From Marispirochaeta sp. (lineage in GTDB: Bacteria > Spirochaetota > Spirochaetia > JC444 > Marispirochaetaceae): 64,000 nucleotides of DNA. Shown here in pieces: positions 1 to 9,807 of the stretch; the stretch's first letter is position 1; each line of letters opens with the position of its first letter. The stretch covers positions 448,001-512,000 of the forward strand of contig CAXXFF010000003.1 in NCBI GenBank assembly GCA_963676835.2, read 5' to 3'. The notes under the pieces were generated by a model that was given only the letters and a program-made list of their open reading frames with translations, searched no databases and was not told the DNA's origin. The translations under genes were made by a program, and so were the position numbers.

Positions 1-1
1 A

Positions 2-1141
2 AACCTGATGGATTTCTCCGCCGGAGCAGTTATTTTCTGGGCAGTGGGTTGGGCGTTCATGTACGGCGCACCTTCAATCGGCGGCCTGATCGGTGGAAAC
101 GGTTTCTTCCTTTCCTACACTCAGGAAGCTCTTGAGGCATACGGTGTTTCCGACATGTCTGCAATTTTCCGGGACTGGATGTTCCAGGTAGTTTTCGCAG
201 CAACTGCAGCGACTATTGTATCCGGAGCTATGGCTGAAAGAACCAAGTTCTCTGCCTACCTTGTCTACTCTGTATTCATTTCCGGTCTGATCTACCCGAT
301 CTCCGGTCACTGGATCTGGGGCGGCGGCTGGCTCTCTGAACTTGGATTCCATGACTTTGCCGGATCTACTGTTGTACACTCCGTAGGTGCATGGGCAGCT
401 CTTGCCGGTGCCATCATCATCGGACCCCGTATCGGTAAATATGTAAAGGTCGGCGACAAGGTAACCGTAAAGGCTATCCCCGGTCACAACATGCCCCTGG
501 CAGCCCTTGGTGTATTTATCCTTTGGTTCGGCTGGTACGGATTCAACGCCGGTTCCACCCTTTCCGGAACTGATCTTTCAATCGCATCTGTAGCTACTAC
601 TACTACCCTGGCAGCATCTGCCGGAGCGATTGCAGCACTGATCACTTCATGGATCTGGTTCGGCAAACCCGACCCCTCCATGTCTCTTAACGGTGCTCTT
701 GCAGGTCTGGTAGGTATTACTGCTCCCTGTGGAGTTACCACTCCCGGTGCAGCGATCATTATCGGTCTTGTTGCAGGTGCACTGGTTGTAGCCAGCGTCG
801 AGTTCATCGACAAGGTTCTGCACATCGACGATCCCGTTGGAGCAATCTCCGTACACGGTGTTTGCGGTGCATGGGGAACCCTGGCAGTTGGTCTCTTCTC
901 CTCCAGCGAGGATGTAGGACTTGGTCTGTTTTACGGCGGTGGATTCCACCAGCTTGGTATTCAGGCACTTGGTGTAGTTGCAGTATTCGGTTGGGCATTC
1001 ATTGCCGCAGCGGTACTCTTCAGTATCATCAAAGCAACTGTCGGCCTTAGAGTTTCCGAGAAAGAGGAACTTCAGGGTCTGGATATCGGGGAACACGGAG
1101 TCGAGTCTTATGCCGGCTTCCAGATTTTCCAGAACATGTAA
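2..1141 (+). CDS. amtB: Ammonium transporter (Amt family), 5'-truncated by window edge
   Basis: Motifs FQVVFAATAATIVSGAMAER, DFAGSTVVHSVG, WFGWYGFNAGS, DDPVGAISVHG. Frame is open to the window start (NLMDF). Confidence 0.95.
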   Translation, partial: NLMDFSAGAVIFWAVGWAFMYGAPSIGGLIGGNGFFLSYTQEALEAYGVSDMSAIFRDWMFQVVFAATAATIVSGAMAERTKFSAYLVYSVFISGLIYPISGHWIWGGGWLSELGFHDFAGSTVVHSVGAWAALAGAIIIGPRIGKYVKVGDKVTVKAIPGHNMPLAALGVFILWFGWYGFNAGSTLSGTDLSIASVATTTTLAASAGAIAALITSWIWFGKPDPSMSLNGALAGLVGITAPCGVTTPGAAIIIGLVAGALVVASVEFIDKVLHIDDPVGAISVHGVCGAWGTLAVGLFSSSEDVGLGLFYGGGFHQLGIQALGVVAVFGWAFIAAAVLFSIIKATVGLRVSEKEELQGLDIGEHGVESYAGFQIFQNM

Positions 1142-1156
1142 GTTGGGAGGTACAGC

Positions 1157-1498
1157 ATGAAACTGATTATTGCATATATTCAGCCGGATAAACTGAACGA
1201 CGTTAAGCAGGAACTGTACAAAGCGGAAGTATTTAAAATGTCCGTTACCAATGCCATGGGCTGTGGACAGCAGATGGGATTCACCGAATCCTACCGTGGT
1301 GTAGCCATTGAGGTTAACCTGCTGAAGAAAGTACGTATTGAGATCGGAGTTAATGACGATTTCGTACAGAAGACTGTAGATGCCATTATTGCCGGTGCAA
1401 AAACCGGAAATATCGGAGACGGAAAGATTTTCGTTCTTCCCATGGAAGGATGTATACGCATCCGCTCAGGTGAGACCGGAAACGACGCCATCGGCTGA
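1157..1498 (+). CDS. glnK: PII nitrogen regulatory protein, amt-linked
   Basis: YRG T-loop and [11 protein letters not shown]...IRIRSGE motifs; GGAGG SD; directly after amt. Confidence 0.93.
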   Translation: MKLIIAYIQPDKLNDVKQELYKAEVFKMSVTNAMGCGQQMGFTESYRGVAIEVNLLKKVRIEIGVNDDFVQKTVDAIIAGAKTGNIGDGKIFVLPMEGCIRIRSGETGNDAIG

Positions 1499-1528
1499 TC
1501 CCGCTCCCTCTTATAACAGTCATTTTAC

Positions 1529-1560
1529 AAGCCCGCCGATTTACGGCGGGCTTTCTTTTT
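1529..1560 (+). terminator. Rho-independent terminator
   Basis: AAGCCCGCCG-attta-CGGCGGGCTT stem followed by a T-rich tract. Confidence 0.85.
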
Positions 1561-1644
1561 AGCTTTTAGGGCGGCCTTCATTAACCATTTAATCCCGCTA
1601 CTTTCCCCTTCCGTAAAACCGCATTTTTGATTAAGTTATCTGAT

Positions 1645-4600
1645 ATGACATTTTTAGAACGCTTGGAAAAAGGGACCGTAATCTTTGACGGTGCCATGGG
1701 AACACAGATACAGAGCCTGACCATCAGCGATGAAGAATGGGATGGACGACAGGGTTGCACTGAAATCCTCAACCTTACATCTCCCGATAAAATTGACATG
1801 ATTCACCGCCGCTATCTGGAAGCGGGTTCCGATGTAATTGAAACCAACTCCTTTGGCGGCAACAGTATAGTTCTTGCCGAATACGAGCTTGAAGATAAAA
1901 TTATAGAGATAAACCGAACTGCAGCAGAAATTGCCGGAAAAGCCGCTGCGGATTACAGCACCCCAGATAAGCCGCGCTTTGTTGCAGGATCAATCGGCCC
2001 CGGAACCCGGCTGCCCTCTCTGGGTCAGGCAAGTTTCGACACTCTTTATGATTCATACAAACTTCAATGCCGCGGATTAATTGAAGGCGGAGTCGATCTG
2101 CTGCTGATTGAAACATGTCAGGATCTGCTGCAGATAAAATCTGCGCTTGTTGCTGCTCTTGACGAAATGAAAGAGCTGAACAGGGAATTACCTGTTGGAG
2201 TATCCGTTACGGTGGAAACTACCGGAACCCTCCTTATCGGCTCCAGCATAGGAGCAGTAATTTCCGCCCTCTCACCTTTTCCCATTGCCTTTCTCGGGTT
2301 GAACTGTGCTACAGGCCCGGACAAAATGCGCAGCTACATAAAAGAAGCCAGTCAGAAATTCCGTGGCCCTGTTTTCGTTATGCCCAACGCAGGGATGCCT
2401 GAAAACAAGGGCGGCCAGACAGTCTACTCACTCACACCAGCCGATTTTGTCGCACCTCTGCAGCAGATGATTACCGAAGACGGGGCTGCAATTGTAGGAG
2501 GCTGCTGCGGGACCGGTCCGGAATATATTAAAGCTCTTTCAGAAGCCGCTTCGAAAATAAGACGCGGAAGCCGTACGACTGAAATATCCGACACCGTAAG
2601 TTCTCTATTCACAGAGAAAGATCTTACACAGAATCCTGCACCCTTTCTTATCGGAGAACGGACAAATACAAACGGCAGCCGGCTCTTTCGTAATAAACTT
2701 CTCAAGGAAGACTGGGATGGTATTCTTGAAGTAGCAAAAGAACAGGTTACATCCGGGGCTCATGCTCTGGATCTGTGCGTCGCCTACACCGGCCGGGACG
2801 AGATTCGTGACATGAGAGAAGCCGTTGGCAGAATTGTCACACAAGTCGACCTTCCCCTGGTTGTGGATTCCACAACCCCCGAGGTTATCGAAGAAGCGTT
2901 GAAAATGATCGGCGGCAGGGCAATCATAAACTCAATAAACCTCGAAGACGGTGAAGACCGGGCACGGAGTATATGCCGCATAGCCAAACGCTACGGAGCC
3001 GCACTGATTGCGCTTACCATCGATGAAGAAGGCATGGCAAAGGATGCTGAAAGAAAAGAATCCATTGCAAAAAGGCTCTACAATCTGGCCGTCAATGAAG
3101 AAGGAATGGCCCCGGGAGACCTTCTTTTCGACACCCTCACATTTACCCTGGGAAGCGGCGATGAAACACTGAAAACCGCGGCGATTGAGACCATGGAAGG
3201 CATACGGAGGGTAAAAGCCTCGTGCCCCGGAGCAAGAACCGTCCTTGGTTTAAGCAATATCTCCTTTGGGCTGTCCCCCTACTCCAGGGAAGTCCTCAAT
3301 TCCATCTTTCTGGATCTGGCTATCGAAGCAGGCCTGGATGCCGCCATCATTAATGTTAAAAAAATAATGCCCTTAAGTACCATTCCGGAGGATGAAAAAC
3401 AGCATGCTCTGGATCTTATTTTTAACCGCGGGAAAGACCCGCTGTTCAGTTTTATCCGGTTCTTTGAAGGCAAAGAGGGTAACGCAAGAGAGGAAGAAGA
3501 TCTTTCTTCCGCCAGCCCTGAAGAGCGTCTGCAGAAATCCGTTATAAACGGGAAAAAATCGGGGCTGGACACACTTCTTGAGGAACTGAGGCAGAATACC
3601 GCTCCTACGGATATAATCAACACCCTGCTTATACCAGCCATGAAAGAAGTTGGTGTTCTTTTTGGATCCGGAAAAATGCAGCTTCCTTTTGTTCTTCAGT
3701 CGGCAGAGGTTATGAAAAAGGCGGTTGCCTGGCTTGAACCCTTTATGGAAAAAAAGGAAAACAGCGAAACCCTTCAGCTTGTGCTTGCGACAGTCAAGGG
3801 TGATGTCCATGATATAGGGAAAAACCTGGTGGATATTATCCTCTCAAACAATGGCTATCAGGTGCACAACCTCGGTATTAAATGTGAGATTGAAACCATA
3901 CTCGACAAGGTTGAAGAAACCGGGGCCAATGCTGTCGGATTAAGCGGACTCCTGGTTAAATCCACGGTAATAATGAAAGAATACCTTGAAGAGATGGAAC
4001 GCCGGGGTTATACCATTCCGGTACTGCTCGGGGGAGCTGCTCTGACAAGAGACTACGTTGCCATAGACTGCGCCTCAGTCTACTCCGGTCCGGTGGTATA
4101 TTGTCCTGATGCCTTCGCCGGTCTTTCAGCAATGAACCAGCTGAAAGAAGGTACACTGGTTTCCACACCGGTGCGTGAGCAGAATACCATCGCCCGGGTA
4201 AAGCCTGCTGAAGAGGCCCCTGTCCAAATCTCTCATGATATATCCATACCGGAAGTGCCTTTTTTCGGTTCCAGGGTGGTAAAAGACATAAAGCTCGAAG
4301 ATGTCTACCCGCTGCTGACGGAGCAAGTACTCTTCAGAGGCCGCTGGGGCTACCGTAGGGGCTCCTTAAGCGCATCAGAGTATGAAGACCTGCTGAACAG
4401 TGAAGTAAGGCCCCAGTTTGAAAAACTGAAGGCTGAGGGAATGTCTGAAGGGCTTTTTGAACCCAAGGTTGTATACGGATACTACCCCTGCTACAGCGAG
4501 GGAAATGAGGTAGTCGTCCTGGACGAAGAGGGAAAGGGCGAACTCGGCCGTTTCGGCTTCCCCCGTCAGGAGGAATCTCCCGGACTGTGCATCGCTGATT

Positions 4601-5037
4601 ATTTTCTTCCCAATGACGCCGGCCGAAGAGACCTTATCGGTCTTCAGGTAGTCACCGTTGGAGACAAGGCACATAAAAAAGCAGAAAAGCTGTACTCCGA
4701 TGATTCCTACAAAGACTACCTGCTTTTTCACGGTCTGAGTGTTGAACTGGCAGAAGCTCTGGCTGAATACTGGCACCTGAAAGTTCGGGAAGAGCTTGCA
4801 ATTACTGAAGAGGATGGTTCGGGAATTCAGGATTTTGTTGTTCAGGGATACCGGGGATCACGCTACTCATTCGGCTATCCCGCCTGCCCGGACATGAAGG
4901 GGAATGAGCTCATTTTTGATCTGCTTAAACCTGAAAGAATCGGTGTTACTCTGACAGAAGGCGGCCAGATGGTGCCGGAACAGACAACCTCGGCTTTTAT
5001 TGTTCACCACCCGCAGGCAAAGTACTTTAAAGCCTGA
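1645..5037 (+). CDS. metH: Cobalamin-dependent methionine synthase
   Basis: DGAMGT, GLNC and GGCCG Zn motifs; IGERTN pterin domain; GDVHDIGKN B12 motif; C-terminal RYSFGYPACP. ATG 1645 preferred over TTG 1627. Confidence 0.95.
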   Translation: MTFLERLEKGTVIFDGAMGTQIQSLTISDEEWDGRQGCTEILNLTSPDKIDMIHRRYLEAGSDVIETNSFGGNSIVLAEYELEDKIIEINRTAAEIAGKAAADYSTPDKPRFVAGSIGPGTRLPSLGQASFDTLYDSYKLQCRGLIEGGVDLLLIETCQDLLQIKSALVAALDEMKELNRELPVGVSVTVETTGTLLIGSSIGAVISALSPFPIAFLGLNCATGPDKMRSYIKEASQKFRGPVFVMPNAGMPENKGGQTVYSLTPADFVAPLQQMITEDGAAIVGGCCGTGPEYIKALSEAASKIRRGSRTTEISDTVSSLFTEKDLTQNPAPFLIGERTNTNGSRLFRNKLLKEDWDGILEVAKEQVTSGAHALDLCVAYTGRDEIRDMREAVGRIVTQVDLPLVVDSTTPEVIEEALKMIGGRAIINSINLEDGEDRARSICRIAKRYGAALIALTIDEEGMAKDAERKESIAKRLYNLAVNEEGMAPGDLLFDTLTFTLGSGDETLKTAAIETMEGIRRVKASCPGARTVLGLSNISFGLSPYSREVLNSIFLDLAIEAGLDAAIINVKKIMPLSTIPEDEKQHALDLIFNRGKDPLFSFIRFFEGKEGNAREEEDLSSASPEERLQKSVINGKKSGLDTLLEELRQNTAPTDIINTLLIPAMKEVGVLFGSGKMQLPFVLQSAEVMKKAVAWLEPFMEKKENSETLQLVLATVKGDVHDIGKNLVDIILSNNGYQVHNLGIKCEIETILDKVEETGANAVGLSGLLVKSTVIMKEYLEEMERRGYTIPVLLGGAALTRDYVAIDCASVYSGPVVYCPDAFAGLSAMNQLKEGTLVSTPVREQNTIARVKPAEEAPVQISHDISIPEVPFFGSRVVKDIKLEDVYPLLTEQVLFRGRWGYRRGSLSASEYEDLLNSEVRPQFEKLKAEGMSEGLFEPKVVYGYYPCYSEGNEVVVLDEEGKGELGRFGFPRQEESPGLCIADYFLPNDAGRRDLIGLQVVTVGDKAHKKAEKLYSDDSYKDYLLFHGLSVELAEALAEYWHLKVREELAITEEDGSGIQDFVVQGYRGSRYSFGYPACPDMKGNELIFDLLKPERIGVTLTEGGQMVPEQTTSAFIVHHPQAKYFKA

Positions 5038-5075
5038 TCTTACCCGATAGTCGTTGGAACAAAAAGGAGTGAATT

Positions 5076-5234
5076 ATGACCAAATATATATGTACAAACT
5101 GCGGGTATATTTATGATCCGGAAATCGGGGATGAAACCCAGGGGATTCCTGCGGGAACAGCTTTCGATTTGCTGCCGGATGACTGGACCTGCCCCATCTG
5201 CTATGTGGGCAAAGAACAGTTCGACCAGATGTAG
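5076..5234 (+). CDS. Rubredoxin, 52 aa (absent from ORF track)
   Basis: Hand translation [59 protein letters not shown]. Confidence 0.92.
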   Translation: MTKYICTNCGYIYDPEIGDETQGIPAGTAFDLLPDDWTCPICYVGKEQFDQM

Positions 5235-5237
5235 GCA

Positions 5238-5268
5238 ATAAAAAACCGGTCCCTTGAGGACCGGTATA
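5238..5268. terminator. Terminator hairpin between convergent rubredoxins
   Basis: ACCGGTCC-cttga-GGACCGGT with an upstream A-tract (U-tract on the minus strand). Confidence 0.75.
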
Positions 5269-5291
5269 CTATACTAAAACGTGTAAGCTGC

Positions 5292-5453
5292 TTACTCCTC
5301 AGGGGAGAAGTCGTCTTTACCTACGCCGCAGACAGGACAAACCCAGTCTTCGGGAAGATCTTCAAATGCAGTTCCTGCTTTAACATCGTTGTCGGGATCG
5401 CCTTCAGCGGGATCATAGATGTAGCCGCAGGCATCACATACGTATCTTTTCAT
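5292..5453 (-). CDS. Rubredoxin, 53 aa (absent from ORF track)
   Basis: Hand translation [61 protein letters not shown]; follows dfx. Confidence 0.95.
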   Translation of the reverse strand: MKRYVCDACGYIYDPAEGDPDNDVKAGTAFEDLPEDWVCPVCGVGKDDFSPEE

Positions 5454-5485
5454 CTTGGTCTCCTTAACTTAAATATCTGCCCCGA

Positions 5486-5860
5486 TCAGGATTTCCACAA
5501 TCCGTGAACGTTACAGTATTCTCTTGCACTTACATTATCAGCTTTAATGCAGAAATTTGCAACAGGCTCTGTTCCAGGTTTCAGAAACTGAAAATAGGAA
5601 ACACCATCTGCAATAAGCTCGATCCACTGAATATAGTGCTCATCAGTCATGGGATGAATAGTACTTCCGACGGTTACTTTATAACCATCAGCAGTTTTCT
5701 CTATAACGGGGACATGCTTTTCAGTGCTGCTGTCAGCACTTTTTTCTTTAAGCAGTTCCATGGGTTTTCCACAACAAACCAGCTCACCGCCGCCTGAGTA
5801 GAGCATTTCGACAATGTTCCCGCATTCAGAACATTTGAATACATCCAGTCTTTTAGCCAT
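5486..5860 (-). CDS. dfx: Desulfoferrodoxin (2Fe superoxide reductase)
   Basis: CxxC...CC N-terminal domain; [22 protein letters not shown]. Confidence 0.95.
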   Translation of the reverse strand: MAKRLDVFKCSECGNIVEMLYSGGGELVCCGKPMELLKEKSADSSTEKHVPVIEKTADGYKVTVGSTIHPMTDEHYIQWIELIADGVSYFQFLKPGTEPVANFCIKADNVSAREYCNVHGLWKS

Positions 5861-5945
5861 AAAAATCCTCCATTCCTTATAATATAAAAACCTCTGGTTT
5901 TATAACCCGGGTCTTTGGGAGCAAAATATTACGTAATTTACCTGT

Positions 5946-6341
5946 TCAGGATGTCCGGCATGAGGGACAGACCCCACGGACAAGAATCTCAACGGATTCA
6001 GTTGAAAAATTATTAAGCGAGTTCTTTTGTACCGCATGAGACACGTCAAAGGTTTCTTCCCAGTCAAGATCGGATACGGAACCGCACTCTTTGCAATGAA
6101 AATGGGGATGACTCGCAGGTTCCGGATCGTAGTGGGCATGACTTCCACCTACATCCAGGCGGCTGATAACACCGTTACCGGCAAGCATATCGAGATTTCT
6201 GTATACAGTGCCAAGGCTGATCTTTGGAAGAACAGACCTGACCTCGGTATAAATTTCTTCAGCACCGGGATGGTCCTTATGTTTCTGCAGAGTTTCAATG
6301 ATAATTTTCCGCTGTATGGTTGTTCTCATTTTCAGTATCAC
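5946..6341 (-). CDS. Fur-family regulator, probably PerR
   Basis: DHPGAEEIY, SLGTVYRNL, HPHFHCKECG and C-terminal CPSC; upstream of dfx-rubredoxin. Start may be the internal ATG (MRTT). Confidence 0.88.
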   Translation of the reverse strand: MILKMRTTIQRKIIIETLQKHKDHPGAEEIYTEVRSVLPKISLGTVYRNLDMLAGNGVISRLDVGGSHAHYDPEPASHPHFHCKECGSVSDLDWEETFDVSHAVQKNSLNNFSTESVEILVRGVCPSCRTS

Positions 6342-6357
6342 CTGTATATACAGTTGT

Positions 6358-6402
6358 AGTAGGGATTACTGATAATTTAGGTAATTAATAGCCATAAGTC
6401 AA
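6358..6402 (-). promoter_or_regulatory. Sigma70-type promoter with possible Fur/PerR operator
   Basis: TTGACT (6402-6397) -17 nt- TAAATT (6379-6374); imperfect palindrome AGTAATCCCTACT (6370-6358) near the expected +1. Confidence 0.45.
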
Positions 6403-6410
6403 ATGCTTTC

Positions 6411-7427
6411 TTAATCTTTTTCCATCACATTTGTATCTATACTACGGGCAATATCAATTCTGAGCTTAATGAAGGCATCAACACATGCAGGGGGCGATTC
6501 AATTATCAGGTCACCACCGGAGGCTGCAACCAGTCCCAACAGCAACTCGTCACAGCCTGATTCGACTACACAACGTACCGCACCGTCGCGTGGTGCTGAA
6601 TCTATACTGAGGCGGCCGCTGGACAGTCTTTTCAGCAATTCAAGGTATTTCTCATTACCCACCAAAAGCGAAACATTATCCGGCTCTTTTCTAGTGCCTT
6701 TTTCACCTGCCCCCGAGGTGTCTGCCTCTTTCTTAAAATATCCCTTCGCCACCGAAGCATAAACCGAGTCTATTGCAGGTACTGTCTTAACTTCAATAAT
6801 ATCGGTGAAGTTGACAATTATGCTGGTATTGCCGTTATTTACCTTACGGAGACAGATGATCAGTGAGTCTTGTGCTTTACCGGAAGAGTCAAGGTCTACA
6901 GAACAGACATTAAACATGTCCTGAATTTTCTTCTTTTTTTCCATATAGCTGACATTAACCGGACTGGCAGTTATCCATGCCTCTGCCAGAATCTCCAGCC
7001 AGAGAGAAATCATGCTGTTTGACTTTCTGTCACCGGAATCAAGAAAGTCAGAGATCTCTGTCATCCTGGAACTGATAAAAGGAGCGTAGCTTTGAAGAAA
7101 CCTGGATATTTTCCGTATTGCCGATGCACCTGCCGGGAATCTGATACCCAGATTCTGCTGCAGCGACCGGAAGGCAAGATAAAAGGTAAGACTCTCAAGA
7201 AGAGTCAGTTTCATGAGTGTATTCTTTTCGTTAGATTTGATGCCGATAAGATAGTCCCGTTCCCAGATCGGAACATGGGTACTCAGCTCATCGATATACC
7301 TTCCCACAGTGGCCCTGTGAACGCCGAGGCGTCGGGCGATCTCGGCCCTGCGCAGGCCCTCCGGGTGGGTTACCAGCAGGAGTTCAAGCTGGTTCAGCCT
7401 TTCACTTTTTTTACCGGGACTTTTCAT
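6411..7427 (-). CDS. N-terminal HTH transcriptional regulator with WYL/YafY-like architecture, divergent C-terminus
   Basis: ERLNQLELLL...LRRAEIARRLGVHRATVGRYIDEL HTH; LTLLESLTFYLA and LAEAW...VNVSY segments resemble WYL proteins; 338 aa. Confidence 0.6.
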   Translation of the reverse strand: MKSPGKKSERLNQLELLLVTHPEGLRRAEIARRLGVHRATVGRYIDELSTHVPIWERDYLIGIKSNEKNTLMKLTLLESLTFYLAFRSLQQNLGIRFPAGASAIRKISRFLQSYAPFISSRMTEISDFLDSGDRKSNSMISLWLEILAEAWITASPVNVSYMEKKKKIQDMFNVCSVDLDSSGKAQDSLIICLRKVNNGNTSIIVNFTDIIEVKTVPAIDSVYASVAKGYFKKEADTSGAGEKGTRKEPDNVSLLVGNEKYLELLKRLSSGRLSIDSAPRDGAVRCVVESGCDELLLGLVAASGGDLIIESPPACVDAFIKLRIDIARSIDTNVMEKD

Positions 7428-7559
7428 GATGATATAACCTGGTGCATATTCATTTCGCCTTCATAATATTTATACCAGACCTCTGTTGCATAACACGCAA
7501 CAATAAGCTCTTCTACTGTATAAGTTTAGGCAAAGAATATAAGGATCACAAACATTTTA

Positions 7560-7591
7560 TAAAAAAAACACCCCGCTGAATAACGGGGTGT
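7560..7591 (-). terminator. Terminator of the Rnf/Nqr-like operon
   Basis: ACACCCCG-8 nt-CGGGGTGT with a T8 tract on the minus strand. Confidence 0.8.
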
Positions 7592-7603
7592 CCTTGAAAA
7601 CGG

Positions 7604-8074
7604 TTACTGCGGGTCCGGCTCTACTTCCAGAACTTCAACCAGCTTTACAGGATCAAGCCGGAAGGGAAAACCTTTTCCTTCATAAAAACCGTGTTCACCG
7701 ATAAGGTGAATGTGAAGATCTGAAAAAGAGACCTCCAGACCAAGTTTTTCATTCTTGACCGTTGTAGTTGTTTTAGAATGAAGCCCGGGATCCTCAAAAG
7801 GACAGGGCAGCTTGCCCCGCACCGAATAAACCTGAACAACTATTCCCGGCTCCACGGTAATATATTCTCCAAGACCGGCAGCACCGGCGTCCCGCAGCTC
7901 ACGCATACGGGCGGCTATAGACTCATGGCTTGCATCAAGACGCTGCACAACAGCTTCATCTTCAATAATGATATCTACAAGATGTCTGTCATCGGTTCCA
8001 AGAAAACCTTCCAGAGTAATAACACCTGGTGCCATATTCTCCTGCGCCCTTTTCATCTGGGGGGACTGTTTCAC
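7604..8074 (-). CDS. Conserved-looking hypothetical protein, last gene of the Rnf/Nqr-like operon
   Basis: 156 aa; AGGAGG SD; 18 bp after the NqrF-like gene; RGKLPCPF and HIHLIGEHGFYEG motifs. Confidence 0.75.
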   Translation of the reverse strand: MKQSPQMKRAQENMAPGVITLEGFLGTDDRHLVDIIIEDEAVVQRLDASHESIAARMRELRDAGAAGLGEYITVEPGIVVQVYSVRGKLPCPFEDPGLHSKTTTTVKNEKLGLEVSFSDLHIHLIGEHGFYEGKGFPFRLDPVKLVEVLEVEPDPQ

Positions 8075-8092
8075 CGTATGCCTCCTTCTTTA

Positions 8093-9202
8093 TCAGCCGA
8101 ACTTGTCATAGTAGATTTTCTCTTCCGGAACACCTTTTGAGGTCAGTACCCGGACACATGCGTCAATCATTCCAGGACTGCCGCAGAGGTACCCTTCGTA
8201 GTTCCCTCCGGCGGCTATGTGCCGGTCCAGAACATCGGTAATAAGGCCGGTCTCTCCTGTCCAGGCATCTTCTTCTGCGGGCTCTGACAAAGCAGGAATA
8301 AACTTGAAATCCGGGAGTTTTTCTTCCAGTTCTTTCATTTCATCCAGCAGGAAAAGATCCCGCTTGGATCTGGCACCAAAGAAGTAGCGTACCTTGCGGT
8401 TGATACCCTTATCGGCCATATCCAGCAATATAGATTTCAACGGTGCCATACCGGAGCCTCCGGCTATACAGATTACTTCAGCATCGGTATCTCTCAGAAA
8501 GAAGTCGCCATAGGGACCGTTAACGGTTACGTTGTCACCCTCTTTGAGGTAATTATGAACGTAGGTTGAACAGATACCATTAGGCACGAGCCTGATTTCA
8601 AGTTCCACTTCTCCGGTGCTGGAGGGAGGGGAAGACATTGAATAGGCCCGGTATACTGACTCGTCGGTGAGTTCATACTCGGGAACCTTAAACTGAATAA
8701 ACTGCCCGGCTTTCATATCTATACTATCCGGATCTTCAAGCTTAAGGGTTACTTCCTTAATGTCGTGGGTAAGATTACGCAGCCTCTTTACCGTGGCACT
8801 GTATTCCTTGACGCTGAACAGCTCTTCGGGAATACGGATGCGCATATCGTTTTTAACTTTCAGCTGACATGAAAGACGGATATTCTTCTCTTTTTCTTCT
8901 TCGGAAATCCAGGGGAGCTCTGTTGGCAGATACTGCCCTGCCCCATCCTCGACAACCACCTTACAGAGACCGCAGGAGCCCCTTCCACCGCAGGCAGAAG
9001 GTATGAACACCTCCTGCTCGATCAAGGTACCCAGAAGCGGCCGGCCGCCTTTAACGGTGTATTCGTGGTCATCATTAATAGTCAGTTTAACTTCCCCGTA
9101 ATTACCGATTGTTGCATCGGCAATTACCATAAGGACCGCAAGCACAGCGGAAATTGCGGAAACTGCTCCGACACTTATCAGAAAGGCATTTAATGCAAGC
9201 AC
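8093..9202 (-). CDS. nqrF: NqrF-like membrane-anchored [2Fe-2S]/FAD/NADH oxidoreductase
   Basis: N-terminal TM helix; IPSACGGRGSCGLC...RLSCQ, RAYS, GPYG, AGGSGMAP, YLCGSPGM, YYDKFG. Confidence 0.85.
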   Translation of the reverse strand: MLALNAFLISVGAVSAISAVLAVLMVIADATIGNYGEVKLTINDDHEYTVKGGRPLLGTLIEQEVFIPSACGGRGSCGLCKVVVEDGAGQYLPTELPWISEEEKEKNIRLSCQLKVKNDMRIRIPEELFSVKEYSATVKRLRNLTHDIKEVTLKLEDPDSIDMKAGQFIQFKVPEYELTDESVYRAYSMSSPPSSTGEVELEIRLVPNGICSTYVHNYLKEGDNVTVNGPYGDFFLRDTDAEVICIAGGSGMAPLKSILLDMADKGINRKVRYFFGARSKRDLFLLDEMKELEEKLPDFKFIPALSEPAEEDAWTGETGLITDVLDRHIAAGGNYEGYLCGSPGMIDACVRVLTSKGVPEEKIYYDKFG

Positions 9203-9213
9203 CTTCAGGCCTC

Positions 9214-9807
9214 CTAATTGATGTTAAGCATACCGGTAAAGCCCATAAATGCCAGGGCCATCATTCCGGTAATGATGAGGGTGATTCCGGCTCCTTCCAG
9301 ACCTTTTGGGACCTTTGCTTTTGCCAGCTTCTGCCGTATACCGGCCATAGCCATAATGGCAAACCACCAGCCCAGCCCGGATCCAAGTCCATAGAAAAAA
9401 CTTTCCCAGAGGGTGTATTCACGGATAACCATAAACAGGCTGACTCCGAGGATAGCGCAGTTAACGGTTATCAGAGGCAGGAAGATTCCAAGAGCCGCAT
9501 AGAGCGGTTCGGAAACTCGTTCGATTATCATTTCAACCAGCTGCACAAATGCAGCAATTACAATGATAAACACAATAAAACGAAGATACACAAGTCCGAG
9601 AGGAACCAGCAGAAAGTGGTAAACCAGGTAGTTAAGGAGACTTGTGGATGCCATTACAAAGGTAACGGCAGTTCCCAGCCCGAGGGATGTTTTAATCTCC
9701 CTGGAGACACTGAGAAAAGAACACATACCCAGATAATTGGTAAGCAGTATGTTATTGGTGAAAATTGCACCAAAGAAAATTGCAGCAAGCAGGCCGTAGT
9801 CACTCAT
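9214..9807 (-). CDS. RnfA/NqrE family membrane subunit
   Basis: YLGMCSFL and LGIFLPLITVNCAILG motifs. Confidence 0.9.
   Translation of the reverse strand: MSDYGLLAAIFFGAIFTNNILLTNYLGMCSFLSVSREIKTSLGLGTAVTFVMASTSLLNYLVYHFLLVPLGLVYLRFIVFIIVIAAFVQLVEMIIERVSEPLYAALGIFLPLITVNCAILGVSLFMVIREYTLWESFFYGLGSGLGWWFAIMAMAGIRQKLAKAKVPKGLEGAGITLIITGMMALAFMGFTGMLNIN

Noticed and set aside
1561..1644. SAM or cobalamin riboswitch upstream of metH
   Set aside because: Region too short and no recognisable aptamer motifs.
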